Positions 1 to 9,074 of a DNA stretch of 64,000 nucleotides are shown in pieces (within the stretch, counting starts at the first letter, position 1; each line of letters starts with the position of its first letter). Position numbers and translations under genes: made by a program. The DNA comes from a virus. The DNA lies in the IMG/VR virus record IMGVR_UViG_3300037418_002133, positions 52,087-116,086 of that record; one strand, 5' to 3'. The notes under the pieces are model-generated. The model did no database searches and was not told the DNA's origin. It saw nothing but the letters and a program-made list of their open reading frames with translations.

Positions 1-534
1 CAACGGGCGCACGAAGCGAAAGCCCGCCTTCTGGCCGAACAGATTGAACTTCGACATCGAGGACTGGATCTCCATGAAGGTGTTGCCCTCCATGCGCGAG
101 ACCAGGTTCATCATCCGGTAGCCGCAGCCGATGCCGCGATACATGGTGTCCACGACGAACCGCGAGACCACACGGAAGTTCTTGTTGATGAACTTGTACC
201 GATAGGTGTTGGTGATCTTGGTGTCGCCGGCGCCAGGCTTGAGATTCTTGAACACCAGATGCCGCTCCTTGAGCAGCCCCTTCGGGTTGCCGGTGACCAG
301 CACGCCAATGGTCTCGCCGAACAGCGTCAGTTTCCAGAAATGCGGCCCGATCGGCAGGTTTTCCGCCTTGTAGTGAAGATCGTGCAGCAGATTCCAGTCA
401 GAAATGTCTCCCTTCTCGACAAACATGCTCTCAAGCAGCGGGAAACAGGGCGCCGGTGCGTCCACACGCTCTATCAGCGTATCATATGCGTCAGCACTCT
501 CGGACGCACCGGTGAGCTTCTCTGCGAACGGCAT
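1..534 (-). CDS. GNAT-fold acetyltransferase, putative phage DNA-modifying (Mom-like) enzyme; runs off the window edge
   Basis: Not in the ORF track (no stop in window). Manual translation from ATG 534: MPFAEKLTG...DWNLLHDLHYK...VVSRFVVDTMYRGIGCGYRMM...NLFGQKAGFRFVRPL. Has the GNAT acetyl-CoA motif (V...YRGxGxG) and N..F..KAGF motif; lies downstream of an ABC ATPase. Confidence 0.8.
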   Translation of the reverse strand, partial: MPFAEKLTGASESADAYDTLIERVDAPAPCFPLLESMFVEKGDISDWNLLHDLHYKAENLPIGPHFWKLTLFGETIGVLVTGNPKGLLKERHLVFKNLKPGAGDTKITNTYRYKFINKNFRVVSRFVVDTMYRGIGCGYRMMNLVSRMEGNTFMEIQSSMSKFNLFGQKAGFRFVRPL

Positions 535-536
535 GG

Positions 537-842
537 TCAGTCGACGATCTGCCAATCCTCGGCGAGAAGATCGGTCTGCGACGCGACCCACGGCACAACA
601 TCGCCTTGAGCGGTCTTCATGTCGATGTGACCGTGATACTGGATCTCGGTGCCTTCCGGGTAGATCCCCAGAAGCGGCGGGCGATTCACCTTGAAGGTCG
701 AGCCACGCACCAGAAACAGGAACATGCCCTTGCCGTTCCAGCCGGCACGGGCGACGCGCGCTCCATCCTTGATCGCAACGAGGGCGCTGGAAAACGAAAA
801 GCCACCCTGTCTGGTTCGCTGCGTCAAAACTTCTTCGGTCAT
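537..842 (-). CDS. DUF2829 / Tad2-like (Thoeris anti-defence sponge family) protein
   Basis: FSSALVAIKDGARVARAGWNGKGMFLFL...VPWVASQTDLLAEDWQIV is the typical DUF2829 pattern. Confidence 0.8.
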   Translation of the reverse strand: MTEEVLTQRTRQGGFSFSSALVAIKDGARVARAGWNGKGMFLFLVRGSTFKVNRPPLLGIYPEGTEIQYHGHIDMKTAQGDVVPWVASQTDLLAEDWQIVD

Positions 843-1474
843 TCTGTCTTCTCCAGTTCAACTTTCTCGCGGAAACGCTTTGTCACCTTCAATGAGGCGC
901 CGATCTCATCCGCCAGATCGGTGTGGGTGGTCGCGACGATCAGGGTCTTGCCGAGACGCCGGGCGGTCTTCTGCATCGAATAGGCGACACACTTCGCGGT
1001 GACGCGGTCGAGCACGGCGCCGAACTCGTCGGCAACCCAGACGTCGGCGCCCTTGTCCATCAGCATTGCCAGCTTCAGCCGGTAGCGCTGTCCGTCGGAG
1101 AGTTCATTCGGCTTGCGGATATAGATCCAGGCGTCGGAAATGCCGGCCTTCGCCAACAGATCGGCCGCTTCGGTCGTGGTGTCACCAACGCACTCGATCA
1201 CCGGCTTGTCCGGCGCCTCTAGCGCGTTCAGATCGGCAACCTTGAGACCCTTCTCGATCATCTGGTCGCGCAATTCGCGCAGCAGCAGCGACTTGCCAGA
1301 CCCGGATTGACCGGTGATGTAGACCACGTCGCCCTGCCTGACCTCGACTTCGAGATCGTCGTAGATCACGAAACGCTTGTCCGAGAGACCAAGTCCAAAG
1401 GCTTCGGCAACTTCCAGTACGCGCGGCGTGCGGTCGACCGACGAGCTGAAGGACTTGTTGACGAGGTATTTCAT
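839..1474 (-). CDS. Stand-alone ABC-family ATPase
   Basis: Walker A GQSGSGKS, signature LSDGQ, Walker B VWVADEF, H-loop ATTH; no permease nearby. Confidence 0.9.
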   Translation of the reverse strand: MKYLVNKSFSSSVDRTPRVLEVAEAFGLGLSDKRFVIYDDLEVEVRQGDVVYITGQSGSGKSLLLRELRDQMIEKGLKVADLNALEAPDKPVIECVGDTTTEAADLLAKAGISDAWIYIRKPNELSDGQRYRLKLAMLMDKGADVWVADEFGAVLDRVTAKCVAYSMQKTARRLGKTLIVATTHTDLADEIGASLKVTKRFREKVELEKTE

Positions 1475-1836
1475 GCGCCGGGATCCTCGGGATCGTCATC
1501 GACGCTTTCTTCTTCCTCAATCTCGGCCAGGCGATCGCGATAACCGTCGATTTCTTCGCGAATTTTCATCTTCACCGAGTCGACCGCAAGATTGACCATC
1601 GCCAGTTGCTCGATGGAGGTATCCATGCGGCTGACCAGCGCGCAGATCGGATTGTTCTGGTGAAGACCGGCAATAACCAGATGCGTCAGATCACCGGTCT
1701 TGATGCGCTCAAGGATGTCCTCGCACAGCGCCAGTGATGTCTTGTCGACTTTCGGCTTACTTGCTTCGGTCGGATCGGGCGCGACAAACGCCTTGCGGGT
1801 AAAGGCGTTGATGACCTTTGGGCTGTCGTCGCTCAT
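1471..1836 (-). CDS. hypothetical protein
   Basis: Overlaps both neighbours by 4 bp in the operon; acidic C-terminus. Confidence 0.7.
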   Translation of the reverse strand: MSDDSPKVINAFTRKAFVAPDPTEASKPKVDKTSLALCEDILERIKTGDLTHLVIAGLHQNNPICALVSRMDTSIEQLAMVNLAVDSVKMKIREEIDGYRDRLAEIEEEESVDDDPEDPGA

Positions 1837-2495
1837 GCTGCCTGCTCCAATACGAACAGCAGCGCGTCAACGCCGGTCTTGTCGACCTTTCCCTCGATAA
1901 TGGTGAGCAATTCCCGGATCTTGCGGCTCTGCTCGACGGTAACGCGCTTGAAACCAAGCGCGTCGGAGACTGGCGCCGCGGAGTGATCGACTTCGGCTTC
2001 CTTCGCCGAATTCTCCTCTTTCTGCTTTTCAACCGCCGTGGTGATGTTATCGACGAACATGCCATCGTCGATATCGGCGAAATCCGAGGTCATTCGGGTG
2101 ATCTCGCTCTCGTCGAAGCCGATCGTGTCCATGTCGAAGCCGTCCTCGGCCAGTTCGGTGAGGGCCTGCTGAAGCAATTCGGTGTCGTATTCGGTCGAGG
2201 CGACCTGATTGTCCGAGAGCCGCAAGGCGTCCGCCTCGGCTTCGGTGAGATCGTCGCGCACCACGACGGGAATCTGGGTCCAGCCCAGCGACAATGCGGC
2301 GAGCCGGCGCCCATGACCGGTAATGATGGTGCCGTCGGGGCGAATGTTCAGAGGGTTGGCGACGCCGAATTTCTGGATCGACTTGGCGAGCTTGGCGACG
2401 TGAGCGTCCGGGTGCTTCTTGGCGTTCTTCGGATGCACGACCAACTTGTCGATCGGCCACAACACAACAGGTCGTTTGGAATCAATTGTCGTCAT
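1833..2495 (-). CDS. ParB/Srx N-terminal domain protein
   Basis: HPKNAKKH...LAKSIQKFG...IITGHGRRLAA...IPVVV...LRLSDN. Confidence 0.88.
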   Translation of the reverse strand: MTTIDSKRPVVLWPIDKLVVHPKNAKKHPDAHVAKLAKSIQKFGVANPLNIRPDGTIITGHGRRLAALSLGWTQIPVVVRDDLTEAEADALRLSDNQVASTEYDTELLQQALTELAEDGFDMDTIGFDESEITRMTSDFADIDDGMFVDNITTAVEKQKEENSAKEAEVDHSAAPVSDALGFKRVTVEQSRKIRELLTIIEGKVDKTGVDALLFVLEQAA

Positions 2496-2667
2496 CGTCG
2501 TTCATTCCTGAATAAATCGCCATCAATTCGTCGTCGTTGAGTTCGCGATCCTTGAATTTCTGCTCGAAAAACTCGCCAGCGCCGCAGTTTAGGCATCGCC
2601 GGGTAATTCGCGTTTCGCTGAAAAACTTGCAGTCCCGGCATTCCGGATGGCGAGGCTTGACGTACAT
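2482..2667 (-). CDS. small CxxC...CxxC zinc-binding protein
   Basis: CRDC and CLNC pairs; in operon between the two ParB-domain genes. Confidence 0.6.
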   Translation of the reverse strand: MYVKPRHPECRDCKFFSETRITRRCLNCGAGEFFEQKFKDRELNDDELMAIYSGMNDDDDN

Positions 2668-3330
2668 TCAGTCCTCAACGGCTCCGAAAAGCTGATGCAC
2701 GAGGGCATCGCCGGCGTTCGTGAGGTCATCCGATGCGTTGAAATTCTGGCGCTTTCGGATCTTGCTGATCAGTTCGGTGATCTTCTCGGCATCGCCGAGT
2801 GTCACCTTGAAGCGCATGATGGTGTGGGTCTTCGGTGCGCGCTCGGGTTTGGGTTCGTCCGGCGCGGGCGCCTCGTCATATCCCGTCAGATCGTCGAGTT
2901 CATCGAGCGCTATACTAACGGAATTGAAGATATTGTTGATATCGGTCTCAGTGAACGGCAGGAATTCCTTAACATTCGCGCCCTCTTCCATACTCTCCAG
3001 CATTTCAGCGAGGCGAATGGTGTCGTCGGCGCCGTAACGGGCGTTATCAGCGAGCGAAATCTTCTTCGCCTTGTCGTCGTTGATGTCGCCGAGATTGAAG
3101 ATTGGAACCTGTTTCAGTCCCGCCGCCTTCGCGGCTTGCCAGCGATGTTCGCCGCCGATGATCTCGTAGGGATGATCCTCATCGTTAGTTTCGCGCACCA
3201 CGATCGGCTTGAACAAGCCAAGCCGGCGGATCGATTCCGCCAGTTTCTCCTCGTTTTCCGGAGAGACGATGTTGATGTTGAAGCTGTTCGGCCGAAGCAG
3301 GTCGATATCGACCATCATTTGAACTGGCAC
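2668..3330 (-). CDS. ParB/Srx N-terminal domain protein (second copy)
   Basis: LRPNSFNIN...LAESIRRLGLFKPIVVRE...IIGGEHRWQAAK; start at GTG 3330 or ATG 3318, since the track start at 3471 overlaps the divergent gene. Confidence 0.85.
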   Translation of the reverse strand: MPVQMMVDIDLLRPNSFNINIVSPENEEKLAESIRRLGLFKPIVVRETNDEDHPYEIIGGEHRWQAAKAAGLKQVPIFNLGDINDDKAKKISLADNARYGADDTIRLAEMLESMEEGANVKEFLPFTETDINNIFNSVSIALDELDDLTGYDEAPAPDEPKPERAPKTHTIMRFKVTLGDAEKITELISKIRKRQNFNASDDLTNAGDALVHQLFGAVED

Positions 3331-3349
3331 CGAAGCGAAAACCTTATAT

Positions 3350-3365
3350 AAGTCAGAACTGACTT
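3350..3365. promoter_or_regulatory. operator palindrome AAGTCAGAACTGACTT in a divergent intergenic region
   Basis: One of about 15 copies in the window. Confidence 0.8.
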
Positions 3366-3400
3366 TTACATAACCACGAAGATTGGTCCTTTGCAAGCCC

Positions 3401-4993
3401 ATGCCTGAAACCATTACCATTGCCAGCAATGCCGTCATCGCCAAGATCATCAACGCCACCAATCCGGTCAAGGATCTGGTGTCGCAATGTCTGAGCTATG
3501 TCGTTGAGGGCGCTGAATTTATGTCGGCGTTCGCAACGTCCGGCTGGGATGGGCGTTCGAGCTTCTTTGCACGGCGCACCTGTACGTTCCCGGCAGGCTT
3601 CGTGCATATGGTGCATGGCGAACTCAAACGCGCCGGCTACGAGGTTCGCATCGTCAAGCGCCCCAATCCTTTGCCGCTCGGTCCGGAAAATCCGATCGTC
3701 GACGAGTTCGGCAATGACGATCCCCGCTACGACTTTCAGCCTCGAACGCTGCGCCAGATCGAAAAACACGGGCGCGGCATCGTTCAGGTCGCAACGGGCG
3801 GCGGAAAAAGCAAGATCGCCAAGCTGATCGCCATGCGTTACGGGCGCCCGACGCTGTTTCTGACCACGCGCGGCGTGCTGATGTACCAGATGAAGGACGC
3901 CTTCGAGCAGGATTGCAAGGTTCGCACCGGTGTCATTGGTGATGGTCACTGGGCGCCGACCAAAGGGTTCAACGTCGGCATGGTGCAGACCCTGGTGTCG
4001 CAGCTCGCCGAACCGGATCTCAACGCGGAGATTCGTGAAGTTCTGCGCCAGAACACCGAGAAGGGCGAGGGTCGAACCAAGGCGCAATGCACGGAACTGG
4101 GCAATCAGCGGTTCACGCTCAAGACCAAGATTCGCGCCCGTGTCATCAAGTTCCTCGAAATGATGGAAGTGGTGATCGGCGAGGAAGCGCATGAAGCCGG
4201 CGGAAACTCCTATTACGAGATCCTGAAATACTGCAAAAACGCCAATATCCGGGTTGCCCTGACCGCGACGCCGTTCATGCGCGAGAACATGCTCGACAAT
4301 ATGCGGCTGATGGCTGCATTCGGGCCGATTTTGATCAAGGTGTCGGAAAAGACGCTGATCGATCGCGGCATTCTGGCAAAGCCCTACTTCATGTATCGCT
4401 CGCCGGCGCCGCATCCGAAGCTGCGCAAGACCTCGCCCTGGCAACGCGCCTACGAACTGGGTGTGGTCGAAGGGCCGCATCGCAATGCCGATATTGCCGC
4501 ACTAGCCAAGACCGCGGCCAATCATGGTCTGTCGGTGCTTATTCTGGTTCAGCGCAAAAAGCACGGCCCCTTTCTGAAGAAGCTGCTGGAATCTCAAGGT
4601 TTGCGGGTCAAGCAAATTCAGGGCGAGAACGACCAGAACGAGCGCAAAAAGGCGCTGAACGATCTCGCGGCCGGACGCATCGACGTTCTGATCGGATCCA
4701 CCATCGTCGATGTCGGCGTCGACGTGCCCTCGATCGGCATGGTCATTCTTGCTGGCGCCGGCAAGGCAGAGGTGGCGCTGCGTCAGCGCATCGGCCGCGG
4801 AATGCGCGCCAAGAAGGTTGGCCCGAACGTGGTGTTCATCGTCGATTTTACCGACGAATTGAACAAGCACCTGCGCGAGCACGCGAAACAACGCCGCGCC
4901 ATCGTCGAAACAACCGACGGCTTTGTGCAGGGCATTCTGCCAAAGGGCCAGGATTTTCCCTGGCACCTGTTCGCGAAAAAGAAAGCAGCGTGA
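3401..4993 (+). CDS. superfamily 2 DNA helicase (UvsW / type III Res-like)
   Basis: VATGGGKS, IGEEAHE (DExH variant), ALTATP, VGVDVPSI, QRIGRGMR. Confidence 0.9.
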   Translation: MPETITIASNAVIAKIINATNPVKDLVSQCLSYVVEGAEFMSAFATSGWDGRSSFFARRTCTFPAGFVHMVHGELKRAGYEVRIVKRPNPLPLGPENPIVDEFGNDDPRYDFQPRTLRQIEKHGRGIVQVATGGGKSKIAKLIAMRYGRPTLFLTTRGVLMYQMKDAFEQDCKVRTGVIGDGHWAPTKGFNVGMVQTLVSQLAEPDLNAEIREVLRQNTEKGEGRTKAQCTELGNQRFTLKTKIRARVIKFLEMMEVVIGEEAHEAGGNSYYEILKYCKNANIRVALTATPFMRENMLDNMRLMAAFGPILIKVSEKTLIDRGILAKPYFMYRSPAPHPKLRKTSPWQRAYELGVVEGPHRNADIAALAKTAANHGLSVLILVQRKKHGPFLKKLLESQGLRVKQIQGENDQNERKKALNDLAAGRIDVLIGSTIVDVGVDVPSIGMVILAGAGKAEVALRQRIGRGMRAKKVGPNVVFIVDFTDELNKHLREHAKQRRAIVETTDGFVQGILPKGQDFPWHLFAKKKAA

Positions 4994-5253
4994 GAGCGCT
5001 ATATTCTGATCATGCGCAGATTAGTCGACCCCATTCACCTGTTTGACGCCAAGGCGCGGCCACTCTCTTCCTACGATGCCATGGAAAAGCGGATAGCGAT
5101 GCTGGAACGCCAGCTCGCGCGCGTGTTGCGGCTGCTTCGCGGTCAGCGACTGCGAGACGGACCCTCCCCGCCCGACGACAAACCGATCATTCATTAGCTC
5201 GCTCAACGACCTGAGCGGGCACAGTCACGCCTTATAAAGAAAGTCAGAACTGA

Positions 5254-5865
5254 ATGACAAACCCCGACAGTCTTCCCCGCTACATCGGCATTTGCGGCAA
5301 TCCGAAGTCCGGTAAGTCGCTGGTTCAGCAGATTCTGATGGAACATTACAACGTCACGCCGGTCGATGACGGTTTCATCCTACGTTCGATCGCCATGCAG
5401 CATATGGGCGCCAGTCACAACGACGTTCACACCCAAGAAGGCAAGGCGCAGTTGGCCTATTGGCCCGACAAGACGCCGATCCTTGATGATCGCACCGGCG
5501 AGCATATGACCTGGCGTCTCGTGCTCGGTCGCGTTGGTGAACAGCTTGAACGTCTGATCGGCCCCTATGTAATGCCGATGACCGCGTGCGCGGCGTTGAG
5601 CGGCCCAGGCCCCTTCTCGTTCGGCTCGGTGCGCAAGGTGCAGGGCCGCTACTTCAAGGAGCGCGGCGGACTGATCATCGGCGTGCGCAACCCGATGGCG
5701 CAGCCGACCGGCAATGCTTTCGACGTGTTCGACGAGAGCCTGGTCGACGTCTGGATCGAGAACGACGCGCTCTACCGCGGACTGAGCCATCGCGAGGCAT
5801 TGGCGGATCTGGAAACCAAGGTTGATCAGCTTGTTGCTGACTGCTCTTGGGCGCGAGCCGCCTGA
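5254..5865 (+). CDS. P-loop kinase, likely deoxynucleoside monophosphate kinase
   Basis: N-terminal IGICGNPKSGKS; size and layout of phage dNMP kinases. Confidence 0.65.
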   Translation: MTNPDSLPRYIGICGNPKSGKSLVQQILMEHYNVTPVDDGFILRSIAMQHMGASHNDVHTQEGKAQLAYWPDKTPILDDRTGEHMTWRLVLGRVGEQLERLIGPYVMPMTACAALSGPGPFSFGSVRKVQGRYFKERGGLIIGVRNPMAQPTGNAFDVFDESLVDVWIENDALYRGLSHREALADLETKVDQLVADCSWARAA

Positions 5866-6683
5866 TGGACAAGAAATCCGACCTTCTTCAGGTGATCTAC
5901 GACAATCAGCATGTCGGCTGGTTGAGCGATCATTACGGCGCCGGCATCATGAAGCGGAATCCGCGATTCATTCGGGTCATCAGAGACACGCTGGAGAGCA
6001 CTCTGGACGTTGAATCGGTCAAGTCGGAGACTGTCGATCTTCCTCTGATCGTGCGCAAATTTCGGATCGACGAGGCTGAACTTGTCTCTCGGAAATTCGA
6101 TCGGCCTCTGATCGATGTGCCGCCTTATGCCGTCGAAAATCGCTCTCCTCTCGATTGTAGCGTCACCTATCACTGGATCGCCGCGCTGATCACTCTCGAT
6201 CAGTACGAATGGCTGTTCGATCGGGAAACCTTCATTCCGACCGACACCATGCCGGCTCTCGAAGAGATCAAGTCTTTTTCGGGAATGAAGCCGACGCGCG
6301 TGTGGCTTGATGAATATTTTGAATCGCCCGTGCCGATGTTCGACTCGGCAGAAGAAGCGCACGCCTACGACCCGCTTGATGCGATTTTGCCCAAGAAGAT
6401 GCCGTCCTTCCACATCAAGGCGGAAGACATCGTCGCCGGCACGGTCACATCAACCAAGCTCACGTCGGGGCCGAGGCTCGCCGACTATGTCGAGACGCCG
6501 CGCAAATACGGCAAATCCATCATGTTGGAAAAGGCAAAATCGGAGATCATCGCGAAGCTGGAAGCTGATTTCGCCAAGTCAATGACAGTTGGTCTTTCTG
6601 AACCAGAATATTCTAGGTCGGGTGTTCTAACCGCTGAGAAGGTCCGCGAGGTCATGATGAAGCTGGAGTCGATGAAGCGATGA
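5865..6683 (+). CDS. hypothetical protein
   Basis: TGATG overlap with the upstream stop; long ORF in operon. Confidence 0.65.
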   Translation: MDKKSDLLQVIYDNQHVGWLSDHYGAGIMKRNPRFIRVIRDTLESTLDVESVKSETVDLPLIVRKFRIDEAELVSRKFDRPLIDVPPYAVENRSPLDCSVTYHWIAALITLDQYEWLFDRETFIPTDTMPALEEIKSFSGMKPTRVWLDEYFESPVPMFDSAEEAHAYDPLDAILPKKMPSFHIKAEDIVAGTVTSTKLTSGPRLADYVETPRKYGKSIMLEKAKSEIIAKLEADFAKSMTVGLSEPEYSRSGVLTAEKVREVMMKLESMKR

Positions 6684-7132
6684 GCGTCGAAAAGGAATAT
6701 TTCAAAACCTCGACGATATCGAACGACTTCTTTCGTTTAATTGCTGGTACGCAGTTGGGCGCAGGCTGCTTTCGCGAAGTTTATCGGTGCAGCATCGATC
6801 CTACGATGGTTATCAAATTCGAGGTCGGCTCCGGCGACTTCAACAATGTTGCCGAGTGGGATATCTGGAGCAATCTGAAGGATCACCCCAAGCTCGGTAA
6901 ATGGCTGGCGCCGTGTATTGCCATTTCGCCATGCGGGTCGATTCTGCTTCAGCGCTATGCCGGGCCTCTGCCGGACAACAAGCTGCCCAAGAAAGTTCCG
7001 GCATTCTTCACCGACATCAAGTCCGACAACTGGGGCCTGATCAACGGTCGGCCGGTCTGTCGCGACTACGGCCATCATCGCCTTTATACCGTCGGACCCT
7101 CCGCCAGGCTGATCAAGGCCAATTGGCGCTAA
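6680..7132 (+). CDS. minimal protein-kinase-like fold protein
   Basis: Gly loop LGAGCFREVY, VIK lysine, helix-C Glu, catalytic DIKSDNWG, DYG. Confidence 0.7.
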   Translation: MSVEKEYFKTSTISNDFFRLIAGTQLGAGCFREVYRCSIDPTMVIKFEVGSGDFNNVAEWDIWSNLKDHPKLGKWLAPCIAISPCGSILLQRYAGPLPDNKLPKKVPAFFTDIKSDNWGLINGRPVCRDYGHHRLYTVGPSARLIKANWR

Positions 7133-7174
7133 TTTAGGCTTTTCCGAATCAACACCGTGCTTTATGGAACTCTC

Positions 7175-7190
7175 TTTAGCGATTTAGCGA
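7175..7190. promoter_or_regulatory. tandem TTTAGCGA repeats upstream of parA (putative autoregulatory/centromere site)
   Basis: Two tandem 8-mers; the same motif clusters at 20.96-22.15 kb and 55.63 kb. Confidence 0.55.
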
Positions 7191-7209
7191 AATCGTTAAG
7201 GGGAAATTC

Positions 7210-7845
7210 GTGATAGCAATCGCCTGTCTGTCGCAGAAAGGCGGGGTCGGTAAATCGACCCTCGCCCGGCTCATCGCCAAGACCTATGCCTCGGGGCAAT
7301 GGCGGGTCAAAATCGGCGATTTTAACGTCAAACAGAAAACCTCGGTCGATTGGGCGGCAATCCGGCTCAGTCAGAACGTCGAGCCCGAGATCCAGGCCGA
7401 AGCCTTCAACGACGTCACCAAGGCCATGCGTGACGACTTCGACCTGATGGTGTTCGACGGCAAGCCCGATTCAGACACCCAGACCATCCGGCTTGCCCAG
7501 GAAAGCGTCCTTACGGTCATTCCAACCGGGGTCTCCTCGGACGACCTGGTGCCACAGGTGCGGTTCGCTCAGGAGCTGAAGATCCGCGGCATCGACAGCC
7601 GCAAGATCATCTTCGTCCTCAACAAGACCACAGACTCGCTCGCAGCCATCATGGATGCGCGCAACTTCCTCAAGACGGCCGGCTTTACAGTGGCGAAAAG
7701 CTGGCTCCCGATGAAAACCGCCTACATCAACGCCCACAATTCCGGTCGAACGTTGTCGGAGACTGACTTTCCGACCCTCAACGATCGTGCCGAAGCTCTT
7801 GCACAGGAGATCATCGACCATGTCACCAGCCTCGAACGGGCCTGA
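7210..7845 (+). CDS. parA: ParA partition ATPase (type Ib, no N-terminal HTH)
   Basis: Deviant Walker A SQKGGVGKST; 211 aa. Confidence 0.92.
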   Translation: MIAIACLSQKGGVGKSTLARLIAKTYASGQWRVKIGDFNVKQKTSVDWAAIRLSQNVEPEIQAEAFNDVTKAMRDDFDLMVFDGKPDSDTQTIRLAQESVLTVIPTGVSSDDLVPQVRFAQELKIRGIDSRKIIFVLNKTTDSLAAIMDARNFLKTAGFTVAKSWLPMKTAYINAHNSGRTLSETDFPTLNDRAEALAQEIIDHVTSLERA

Positions 7846-8119
7846 AACCAAGGGCGTCAAAGTCCCCTCGCCTCCCCAGCGTCGCGGCATCATCGCCCAA
7901 GTCCCAACACCCGTCGCGGCGCCGGACAACCTGTCCAAGCCCAACTCCGGACTACAGGATATGAATTTCAAGATGTCGCCTGAATTTCATCGCGCCTTCA
8001 AAATCACCGCCTCGATCCGCGGCATGGCGATGAAGGATTTGCTTGAAGCCTCGTTCCGATGCTGGGTAGAACATTACGGCGACGATCAAGCCAAAGCTCT
8101 CCTTCCTCCGAAAGAATGA
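7820..8119 (+). CDS. small ribbon-helix-helix centromere-binding protein (ParG-like)
   Basis: Follows parA; flexible N-terminus then MNFKMSPEFHRAFKITASIRGMAMKDLL. Confidence 0.7.
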   Translation: MSPASNGPETKGVKVPSPPQRRGIIAQVPTPVAAPDNLSKPNSGLQDMNFKMSPEFHRAFKITASIRGMAMKDLLEASFRCWVEHYGDDQAKALLPPKE

Positions 8120-8120
8120 C

Positions 8121-8351
8121 ATGCGTTCACTGATTTTGCTGTCCACGCTTCTGCTCGCCGGCTGCGGAGGTGGCTGGAATAGACTCGACCCGCCCCTGAT
8201 TGATATGTCCGGCGTCGATCGCGCCAAGTACGACCAGGATCTCGCCTATTGCACCAAGCTCAAGGCGGAATCGACCTTCGTGGGCAATGCGCAGTTGATT
8301 AGCCGCTGCATGACTGAACGCGGCTACCGGGTCACCAGCGCCAGAACGTAA
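8121..8351 (+). CDS. small lipoprotein
   Basis: Signal peptide with lipobox LLAGC. Confidence 0.7.
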   Translation: MRSLILLSTLLLAGCGGGWNRLDPPLIDMSGVDRAKYDQDLAYCTKLKAESTFVGNAQLISRCMTERGYRVTSART

Positions 8352-8369
8352 ATCGATTTGAGGTTCACG

Positions 8370-8585
8370 ATGTCACTTCACGACGATCTCTTGCGAATGG
8401 CGCGTCTGGTTCAAAAGGACGAAGCGCGCATCGGCGTCTACTCTACCGGTGAGGTCATTGCTGTCGCGCTCATTCTCAATCGACCGGATCTGCTTCCACC
8501 CAGATACAGCAAGATCCTCGAAGCGGTTGATCGGCTTGGCGAAGAGTGGTTCCAGGTCGCCATCCAGGTGCAGCGCGAACTCTAG
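8370..8585 (+). CDS. hypothetical protein
   Basis: GAGG RBS upstream of ATG 8370. Confidence 0.6.
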   Translation: MSLHDDLLRMARLVQKDEARIGVYSTGEVIAVALILNRPDLLPPRYSKILEAVDRLGEEWFQVAIQVQREL

Positions 8586-8998
8586 CCTGCGACAAGGTTA
8601 GGGCAATATTCCTATTGGTGCGGGGATCCGGATGATGTATCCGGGAGTTGGCATGGGTCAATTCTTGTGACAAGGTTAGGACGGAAAAGCTGTCGAGGGG
8701 CCAGAAGGCAATGCCTTCGCTGCATCGCACAAAAACCTAAGACATCGCATCTGTTGCAATTATGCAACACACGACGCGTCCCGCGAAACGCGTGACATTT
8801 CCGCAACACAGCGTTTCTTGCGATTCTGTGTTTGTGCAGCGCACAATAAAATAAACACGATTTCGCATTGCAACATGCTATGCGCAAAATGCATAACACG
8901 ATTTAGTTAAGTAGTGATAATTATGTCACACGTGCTGCTGCAACAAATCTGTAGCATGATCAAGTCACGAATTGTTACACTCTGTAACATCATGTGAT

Positions 8999-9028
8999 TT
9001 GTTCGCGTTGCTGTAACACGTTATAACT
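8999..9028 (+). promoter_or_regulatory. sigma70-like promoter for the island genes
   Basis: TTGTTC-N17-TATAAC about 47 bp upstream of ATG 9075. Confidence 0.45.
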
Positions 9029-9074
9029 TAGTCACGTTAGCAATGACGCTAACACTACAGAGTGAGAAACGACG

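Noticed and set aside
839-1474. Membrane ABC transporter
   Set aside because: No permease or binding protein; neighbours are GNAT and ParB-domain genes
1833-3330. ParB partners of ParA at 7210
   Set aside because: ParA is the short type Ib form with its own RHH partner; these proteins show only the ParB N-terminal domain and lie in another operon
8591-8680. Direct repeat GACAAGGTTAGG at 8591 and 8669 as an att site
   Set aside because: Only two 12-bp copies 78 bp apart and no integrase in the window
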